The notes beneath the pieces were generated by a model. It was given only the letters and a program-made list of their open reading frames with translations. It was not told where the DNA came from and did not search any database. From contig NW_024704746.1 of the NCBI RefSeq assembly GCF_018977255.1, forward strand, positions 66,712,001-66,776,000: 64,000 nucleotides of DNA. The letters are read 5' to 3'. This stretch comes from Callorhinchus milii. Lineage: Eukaryota. The position numbers were made by a program, and so were the translations under genes. This document shows, in pieces, positions 57,701 to 64,000 of the stretch. Position 1 is the first letter of the stretch. Every line of letters starts with the position of its first letter.

Positions 57701-59518
57701 CGGCTGAGCGCAAAGTTTGACGCCCTGGGTCGAAATGCTAATTCACCGGCAGTGGTTTGATGAAGCGTACTGGTTTCCGGAGTCACTGGGTTAATTTAGC
57801 TCTTACATGTCTCCGTGACCCATATCTGTGAGTAGACTTTTCCAGCTGAAGTGGGAAAATGTTCTGGAATAGAGAGAACCGGTCACGTTATTCAGGTGCC
57901 AAAAAAAAAAGGCAGTTACTATTTTACACAGCGCTCATCATATGGGTTAAGTTCTCAATGCGCTTCACAGTGGCGGGGAGTCAGACCCCATACATTGGAG
58001 GGAGGGGAAGGGGCTGTCAAAGAGGGAGATTTTAAGGCAATGCTTGAAGCCAGGTCACAACAACAACAACAACTTGTATTTCTATAGCCCCCCCCCCCCC
58101 CTTTACGAGGGGTAGCCTCCCGAAATGCTTAACAGTGGCTGAGCCTGACGGCAAGCCGGGGATGAGGGGTGGTGGGGGGGGAAAGTGACCGGTTGAAAAG
58201 GAAGGTCTTCAGGCGAGATCTGAAAAAGGGCACGGAGGGGGCAAGGTGGAGGAATTGGGGGAGAGCGTTCCAGAGTTTTGGGGTGCAGCGGCCGAAAGCA
58301 GATCCGCTGATGGTGGAGGGGACGGGGGACAAGCGGGAGGCAGAGGGTAGTGGAGTGGGGAGCGAACGGGTCAGAAAGGGTGGGAGGCGTGAAGGGATTT
58401 GCAGATGAGCGCGAGGAACCTGAAGTCCAAATAGCCTCCGTTGCCTTCGCCTCAAAATCATTCTTCTCTGTGGAATAAAGTCCGAAAAGTTCGAGACAAA
58501 AAAGTACGACTGAATTCAAGAAGATTTCCAAAAGTTCTGCTCAATCTTAATCTTTAAACCAATGATCTCATGTCCAAAACCACATGAAATTTCAGACACT
58601 TACAATAATAATAATAATAATAATAATCCTTGCATTTGATATAGTGCTTTATCACGTAGTTGAGAAGTCACAAAGCGCTTGACAGAATATATATTGTAAA
58701 GTGAATTGACTGTATATTTTGTGGGCAAAACTTGACAGCCAATTGCACGCAGCAGCGTCCCACAAACAGTCGCGGATTGAGTGACCAAATTATTATTTTT
58801 TTTTGAGGGATTATTAGCCCCGGAAAGCGATCCGCTAATCGACTAACAACCGGGTTCTTACTAACTGCTAGGTAACCAGAGGCGCGTGTGTGGAGTAAGG
58901 AAACTCGTCTAAGGTTTTGTCCTGCCCGGGAATCGAACCCGGGTCCCGAGGCGAGTGCTCTAACCACTACACTATTGGACTCCACACAAATTACGACCGA
59001 AGTCAAGAAGTTTTCCAAAAGTTTTTGCTCAATCTTGGACTTAAACTTTAAGCCGAGGATCTCATGACTAACACCACGTGAAATTTCAGGCACTCGGGGA
59101 CAATATTCTTTCAGCATGCCACATTCCCACTCATAACAAAACATTAAAGGCTTCAATTAATTTCCAGTTAATGCCCGCAAGTTCATTTAATTTCAATGAA
59201 ATTAGTTTAAGTGACCACACCTCAGGTCACCCTCTTACCCCTCGCCTCCCTGCCCTCCCTGATCCCGACCCGCAGCACGGGTGCAAATCCCTGACTGCCC
59301 ACCACCTTTGGGACATCCTCTTCGACGTGAAAAGCACTGTACAGATGCAATTTGTTCTTGTGGTTGTTGTTAATTTTTCGGGCCATCGCAAAAAGAATTG
59401 CTCAAGGCTTCAAGGTTTGCCAACTTACTCTCCTTTCCGAGGAGTCGCTCACGAATATCTCAAACGTCCTAATTTCGCAGAGGAACAGGAGGCAGAGAAA
59501 GACACCGAGAGGCTTCAT
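41337..59518 (-). CDS. ITIH2: Inter-alpha-trypsin inhibitor heavy chain H2, complete gene (948 aa; signal peptide, VIT, vWA, DPHFII site, C-terminal propeptide)
   Basis: 21 exons: 59518-59429, 57863-57807, 56945-56904, 55508-55336, 54032-53928, 53304-53142, 52465-52358, 52230-52102, 51215-51099, 49558-49390, 48961-48836, 48285-48104, 47194-47009, 46414-46275, 45814-45642, 45400-45260, 44668-44555, 43501-43303, 42604-42432, 42141-42030, 41484-41337 (2847 nt, in frame). [25 protein letters not shown] and the H2-type C-terminus GLQKDYR...[19 protein letters not shown]...RP*. Adjacent to KIN. Confidence 0.96.
42030..42141 (-). CDS. ITIH2: ITIH2 exon 20
   Basis: [37 protein letters not shown]. 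Confidence 0.95.
42432..42604 (-). CDS. ITIH2: ITIH2 exon 19
   Basis: [16 protein letters not shown]...[19 protein letters not shown]...VHGLI. Confidence 0.95.
42735..43085 (-). mobile_element. SINE in an ITIH2 intron
   Basis: Family consensus. Confidence 0.85.
43303..43501 (-). CDS. ITIH2: ITIH2 exon 18
   Basis: [27 protein letters not shown]...SSSLAQD. Confidence 0.95.
44150..44545 (+). mobile_element. L2-type LINE fragment (RT piece joined to a 3-prime end)
   Basis: [41 protein letters not shown]...LQSGFR, followed directly by GGCCTTCAGC..CTCTGGAAC..TTTGATCGTGCCTTCG. Confidence 0.85.
44555..44668 (-). CDS. ITIH2: ITIH2 exon 17 (DPHFII)
   Basis: [38 protein letters not shown]. Confidence 0.96.
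44900..45193 (-). mobile_element. SINE in an ITIH2 intron
   Basis: Family consensus. Confidence 0.85.
45260..45400 (-). CDS. ITIH2: ITIH2 exon 16 (Pro/Ser/Thr-rich linker)
   Basis: [26 protein letters not shown]...ELTSTVTS, phase 1-1. Confidence 0.88.
45642..45814 (-). CDS. ITIH2: ITIH2 exon 15
   Basis: [34 protein letters not shown]...[15 protein letters not shown]. Confidence 0.92.
46275..46414 (-). CDS. ITIH2: ITIH2 exon 14
   Basis: [10 protein letters not shown]...[18 protein letters not shown]. Confidence 0.94.
47009..47194 (-). CDS. ITIH2: ITIH2 exon 13
   Basis: [20 protein letters not shown]...[16 protein letters not shown]...IVTACS. Confidence 0.95.
48104..48285 (-). CDS. ITIH2: ITIH2 exon 12
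   Basis: [60 protein letters not shown]. Confidence 0.94.
48320..48797 (-). mobile_element. Older DeuSINE family with a long Deu domain (SacSINE1/AmnSINE1-like); related copies ~13590-13780, 15940-16170, 28160-28385, 47580-48000, 60520-60740
   Basis: GGGATCTTTAACGTCC.CCTGAACAGGCAGAC..GACCTCGGTTTAACGTCTC block plus the same core and tail, but a different tRNA head (CTGAGTCAGAAGGTTGTGGGTTCAAG type). Confidence 0.75.
48836..48961 (-). CDS. ITIH2: ITIH2 exon 11
   Basis: [42 protein letters not shown]. Confidence 0.96.
49390..49558 (-). CDS. ITIH2: ITIH2 exon 10
   Basis: [30 protein letters not shown]...IQPSG. Confidence 0.96.
51099..51215 (-). CDS. ITIH2: ITIH2 exon 9 (vWA MIDAS)
   Basis: [39 protein letters not shown]. 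Confidence 0.96.
51295..51452. repeat. Long palindromic Penelope-type repeat; second copy at ~34930-35120
   Basis: ~65 nt inverted arms GGGAACACTCAGCAGGTCAGGCAGCATCTACGGAGAGAGG / CCTCTCTCCATAGATGCTGCCTGACCCGCTGAGTGTTCCC. Confidence 0.8.
52102..52230 (-). CDS. ITIH2: ITIH2 exon 8
   Basis: [43 protein letters not shown]. Confidence 0.94.
52358..52465 (-). CDS. ITIH2: ITIH2 exon 7
   Basis: [36 protein letters not shown]. Confidence 0.94.
53142..53304 (-). CDS. ITIH2: ITIH2 exon 6
   Basis: [39 protein letters not shown]...PGNLVKNLQ. Confidence 0.94.
53530..53806 (-). mobile_element. SINE in an ITIH2 intron (Deu core deleted)
   Basis: Family head and tail. Confidence 0.8.
53928..54032 (-). CDS. 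ITIH2: ITIH2 exon 5
   Basis: [34 protein letters not shown]. Confidence 0.93.
54875..55280 (-). mobile_element. SINE with an opposite-orientation L2 tail inserted at ~55170-55240
   Basis: Family body interrupted by GCGTTCTGCGACAC..GGGGCACTATATAAATGCTGCTGTTGTTG. Confidence 0.8.
55336..55508 (-). CDS. ITIH2: ITIH2 exon 4 (VIT)
   Basis: [33 protein letters not shown]...[13 protein letters not shown]. Confidence 0.93.
55838..56148 (-). mobile_element. SINE, young subfamily, tail-to-tail with a plus-strand copy at 55655-55830
   Basis: Near-identical to 16608-16928. Confidence 0.9.
56904..56945 (-). CDS. ITIH2: ITIH2 exon 3
   Basis: ccacag|AGA AGC CTT..., [14 protein letters not shown]|gtggg. 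Confidence 0.8.
56990..57350 (-). mobile_element. SINE in ITIH2 intron 2
   Basis: Family consensus, diverged. Confidence 0.8.
57807..57863 (-). CDS. ITIH2: ITIH2 exon 2 (propeptide, best candidate)
   Basis: ttctctctattccag|AAC ... CAT|gtaaga, [19 protein letters not shown], phase 0; gives RRHR/SL at the junction with exon 3. Confidence 0.7.
58603..58983 (-). mobile_element. SINE in ITIH2 intron 1
   Basis: Family consensus, full length. Confidence 0.88.
59429..59518 (-). CDS. ITIH2: ITIH2 exon 1 (signal peptide)
   Basis: [30 protein letters not shown]|gtaagt; resembles the recalled human MKRLTCFFICFFLSEVSGFEIP. Confidence 0.88.
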
Positions 59519-59559
59519 TGCAGCTGAGGTTATACCACACTAAGGCCAGGGACACAGAC

Positions 59560-59750
59560 CTTTCGACTAATTTATAAACACGGCCAAAATAAGTTAAAGA
59601 GTTACGTTGCTAGTTTTTTTTTCCCTACCTTCCCCCAAGCCCCCCCCCCAAACTACCCACCACCCCTTCAGCCCAAGACTATGGTCAATATTTGTTTGCT
59701 GCACATTGCCTAACCTCCAAACGAGATGTAGAGGTTATGTAAATAGGATG
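59560..59750 (-). promoter_or_regulatory. ITIH2 proximal promoter with hepatocyte-type motifs
   Basis: TATAAA (minus) at 59576-59571; HNF1-like GTTAAAGAGTTAC 59593-59605; FOXA-like TATTTGTTTGC ~59689 and GTAAATA ~59739; C/EBP-like ATTGCCTAAC ~59705. Confidence 0.6.
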
Positions 59751-61044
59751 GATGCCCTTCTCTCCATCTGTGGCTGATAATCACTGATAACTGACTGACC
59801 TACTTTTCTTTCTTCTTTAAACCCCACCCCCCACCCCACCCCCAACCCTCACCCTCAGATCCCACTCACATAGTTTTATTTGGGTAAAATCTCCAAACGC
59901 TTCACGGGATTTACCCTAAAGAGTTGCAACTGTTTATTTTATAGGTGAAAGCGGGCAGCTAATTTGTACACAGCGACAGGTCACGCCAACAGCTATGATA
60001 CCGTCGGTCAATGTTTTAACTTGGGGTAGGGGGGGGTGGAAAGTAAACGTTACCTATGTTTAACGTCTCACCCAAAGGGCGGCACCTCCAACAAGGCAAG
60101 GCTACCCTCCCCCCCCCCCAATACCGTGCTGGGATGTTGGCCGTGACTTTGAGCTCAACCAACCTCCTGACTCAGAGGCCAGAGAGCTGCCAACTGAGCC
60201 AGACTTGGTCAGCGTTGCGAACAAAAGCAGATTTCCGCGCGCAGCACTGCACGCGGGACCCCATTCACTGTCGCGTCGATGTCGATGGGTGTGTGCTCTG
60301 CTCCTGTCGGCACTTGGCGTGACTGAACAATTCCATTGCTTCACCACTCGATGGAGCTCTACAACCGGGCAAACTCATCCCACGAAGGGACATGACTTTG
60401 ACTTGAGTGACTGAGGCGAGCAGAGGGATCTTTATTCGGGGGAAAATAACGCCTGGCTCAGTACTAGCCCTCTCTCTCTCTCTCTCTCCCTCTCTCTCTC
60501 ATTCTCTTTCTCTCTCTCTCTTTTGTCTCTGAGTCAGAAGGTTGTGGGTTCAAGCCTGACATCGGGACTCGGAATCACACAGCCTAAGCTGACGCTCCAA
60601 TGCAGCGCTGGGGGTGGGGGAGCCGTATGGTCGGAGATGCTGTCCTTCGGATTAGACGTTAAACCATTTCAGGTGCACGTTACGGATCCCACGGCACTAT
60701 TCGAAAGGACCACCCCCCCTCCCACCTCCACCCTTCTCTCGAACGTATAAAAGCTTCACAAGAGCCTTTTTTACAACAGATTTTGAGAGCATGAGTGCGC
60801 ACGTGGGGAGGAGGGGAGTGGGTTAGAGAGAGAGAAAAAAAGATTATTGGCAACCCGTCAGTCAAAGTCAATATTAATAAGAATCCTTGGACTATTACAA
60901 CGTCTTCGAGGCATCTTAAAGCGCTTCAAAGTGACCACATTTTATCGGGGATGGATGGTTGGATGGGAGATTGTCGGCCATTAAATGTACGTTATATTTA
61001 AAGACGACAAGATTTTTAAAAAACTTGGAGTCCTGGAGTCACGT

Positions 61045-61450
61045 GGAGTCCTGTAGTATATTGGTTAGAGCACTCGCCTCGAAGCGAGAGGACCGGGGTT
61101 CAATCCCTGGGCGAAACCTTAGTCAAGTAGGAACCCAGTTGTTTGGCCGATTGGCGGATCGCTTTCCGGTGGGGAGACGGTGAAAGATACCTTAACAAAT
61201 AATAATTCAGTCACTCAATCCACGACTGTTTGTGGGACACTGCTGTGCCCAATTGGCTGCCGCGTTTCATTCCCCCAAAAAATGCACATTCAATGAATGC
61301 ACATAACCCACGTATTTATTTTTAAAATGCACTTTACAAGCCACCCTGTGCGAAGGGCGCTTTATAAATGCAAGTTGTTGCTGTTATATTCTGTGAAGCA
61401 CTTCGCAGCGTCTCAGCAACGTGGTAAGGTGCTATACGAATGCAAGGATT
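61045..61450 (+). mobile_element. SINE between ITIH2 and ITIH5 with an inserted L2 tail
   Basis: Family head and core; AAGGGCGCTTTATAAATGCAAGTTGTTG inserted at ~61339-61385. Confidence 0.82.
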
Positions 61451-61700
61451 GTCAATTAGCAGCAGTCGTAGACGTAGCAGTAAGTAGTGTTATATTCCAG
61501 GAAGGGATAAAGAAAAGCCAAATAAGATTGCAGAAGGCAATGGGTTAGTTGGAAAGTGTAGCAGTGAGTGAAACAGCCTCATGATATCAACATTCGCCCC
61601 ACCTCCAAAGGCTCTTGTACGTTTCAGTAGGAGTTCAACCCCACAGCAAGTCAATCTCACTCTCCAGCACAAAGTGCCCAAGTCTGTGTGAGCGTCTGAC

Positions 61701-61799
61701 ATGTTTCTTATCCTCTCCGTCTGTTGTTTCTCCTCTGCAGTTCGGGGACAGAAGCCGTGGACATCAACGGATGGCTCCTTTCTTGCAGATGCCCAGAAT
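61701..61799 (+). CDS. ITIH5: Probable ITIH5 exon 1 (signal peptide)
   Basis: ATG ... AAT|gtaagt, MFLILSVCCFSSAVRGQKPWTSTDGSFLADAQN. Hydrophobic leader, strong phase-0 donor, divergent from ITIH2 where ITIH5 lies in other vertebrates. The identity rests on synteny, not on a diagnostic domain. Confidence 0.65.
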
Positions 61800-62396
61800 G
61801 TAAGTCGATCGATTTACAAATCTTTTTTTTTCTATTCATTTATTTTAAGAGGGGAGGGGGCTAGAATTTTTTGAGGGTGTGGGAGGGTGGGGGGTGGTGG
61901 TGGATGTGGGGGTAAACTTTCTGCGTTATTTAAAATGCAATAATATTAATCGTTAGACGTTTCAAGTTATTGCATTTTAAAAGGCTGGGGAATTTTTTTT
62001 AATATAAAAATGGAAAAAAAAAATTTTTTCTTGGAAATTTTAATTTTTTCAAGTTAAAAAAAATAGATGCCTGTTCTAGCAACCGCGCAGCATTTCATTT
62101 GGAATTGAATTCATTCAGACGGCATCCTAACGTTGCACGTTACATTTTAAAATCGCGTTTTTATTTGTTTTGATTTCAAAGAATCGAATTTGCAATTAAA
62201 TACCCACCAGTTTTTGCACTGAAGCATTGATGTGGGAGGGGAGTGAGTGAGCGAAAAGGCTGAGCCACACTGTTGGAAACACCCATCCAAGTAACATAAC
62301 AGCTCTTTTTTTTCTGAACTGCTCGAGATACTTTTTTTTCTCGAAGAAAAAGTATTACTGTATTATTATTATAATGGGTTATTTTGTCTCTTGAAG

Positions 62397-62441
62397 GAAG
62401 TTCAACCTGTTTCCAGAGGAGTCGGTGCTTATTGGAGACCT
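62397..62441 (+). CDS. ITIH5: Probable ITIH5 exon 2
   Basis: ttttgtctcttgaag|GAA ... CCT|gtgagt, EVQPVSRGVGAYWRP, 45 nt, phase 0-0 (human ITIH5 exon 2 recalled as 45 nt). Confidence 0.6.
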
Positions 62442-62586
62442 GTGAGTGATTGAACCATTCAGATCTGTAGTAACCCAGAATTTTTTTTTACACAATGTTA
62501 TACTGTATTGTTAATCTGTGTCCCCACATAGTCACTACTAGTCTGGAGCCAATTTCGAGCACTGTAATGTATTGTAATATATAATG

Positions 62587-63240
62587 CTTTGCAAGCGAGA
62601 GACCCGGGTTCAATTCCCGGCAGAGGGCGAAACCTTGGGCAAGTTTCCTTACTCCACACAGAGCCTAATAATAATCCCTCCAAAAAAACAAAACAATAAT
62701 AAATTGGTCATTTTCAATCCACGACTGTTTGTGGGACATTGCTGTGCGCAATTGGCTGCCGCGTTCGCCCACAAATATACAGTCGATTCACTTTACAGTA
62801 TATTCTGTGAAGCGCTTTGGGACCTCGAGAAGAAGTGAAAAGCGCTATATCAAATGCAAGGATTATTTTATTATTATTATTATTAATATTATTATTGTTG
62901 GTTAGAGCCCTCGCCTCGCGAGCTGGGTTTGATTCCCGGGCAGGGCGAAACCTTCTGCAAGTTTCCTTACCCCACACTCCTCTGTTTCCTAGCAATAAAT
63001 AGGAACACGGTTAGTAGTCGATCGGCGGATTAGTTTTCCGAGGGTAACAACCCCTTCAAAAAAAGAATAATTTGATCACACAATTCACGACTCTTTGTGG
63101 GACGCTGCTGTGCGCACTTGGCTGCCGCGTTTCGCCCACAAAATACACAGTCGATGCACTTTACAGTATATTCTGTGAAGCGCTTTGGGACGACTTGTAG
63201 ATGTGATGAGGCGCTGTGTCAAATGCGAGAATTGTTATTT
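62587..63240 (+). mobile_element. Two tandem SINEs (62587-62885 young subfamily; 62898-63240)
   Basis: Family consensus. Confidence 0.85.
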
Positions 63241-64000
63241 TTTATGATAAGTTCTGGCTTTGGATTTATGTGCACTCCATTTGTGTGAATCACTGTGAAG
63301 TTTGTGGGTTCAAGCCCCACCTCGGGGCTTTGAGCTTAAAGTCCAGGCGCAATTGGAAAAGAGAAATAGTTCCCCCCCTCCCCACCCCACCCCTCCCACC
63401 CCAATGCCCCCATGGATAAAACCCAGCTTTAAAGGTATCTTTGTCCTGAAGTGATCCCTGCTGAATCCGTGGAGGATTTCCTTGTTAAACCCCCTCCCTC
63501 ACCCTCCCACCCCAGCTTCCTCAAGAGCCACTTTCAGACTCGTCTCCACTTCAAAACAGACCGAAGCTTTCAAGTCCTGGATTGAAAGGTTCTGGGTGGG
63601 GTGTGACCTGGGCAATGGTTTACCGAGTGTCAACCCTTGACGATTAATAACAGTCTGAGTGTGTGCTGAGAGCCCAGTATATCTACTCTGTTTGGGCTCA
63701 TTAAAGGAGATGTAAACCACATCAAATAGCACATTCCATAGTTCAGTGTGACGTCTGATGCAGGTTTGGTTGAGCCTTGAATCCTAAAGCCCCCGACCTC
63801 CAGAACGTCCTGCCACCATCTCTCCGTCTTGGCCTCTCCTCCTCTCTATCTATCTTAATAATAATAATCACGTCGTTGAGAGGTCTCAAAGCACATCACA
63901 GAATATACCGTAAAGTCGATAAAGACTGTACATTTTGTGAGCGAAACGCGGCAGCCAATTGCGCACAGCAGCGTCCCCACAAACAGCCGCGTTATTCCTT

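Overview
Eukaryotic vertebrate genomic DNA, most likely from a cartilaginous fish such as an elephant shark or other chimaera (inferred from its repeat families). It contains the conserved vertebrate block TAF3 (-, exons 1-2; intron 2 runs off the left edge), ATP5F1C (-, complete, including an alternative one-residue penultimate exon), KIN (+, complete, 13 exons), ITIH2 (-, complete, 21 exons) and a probable ITIH5 (+, exons 1-2). ATP5F1C and KIN share a ~530 bp CpG-island bidirectional promoter; the ITIH2 and ITIH5 start codons are divergent and only ~2.2 kb apart. Introns are dense with tRNA-headed Deu-domain SINEs with an L2-type tail, plus L2 and CR1 fragments, Tigger-like MITEs, Penelope-type palindromes and simple repeats. 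There are two assembly gaps (18696-19692, 31207-31412). Most ORF-track entries are repeat-derived and spurious. Exon boundaries were traced by hand with GT-AG and phase checks; comparisons with human genes are from memory, not from a search. I found no convincingly new biological system. The best leads are the RBFOX-flanked ATP5F1C cassette exon, the hammerhead-like palindromes and an insertion hotspot inside the SINE.
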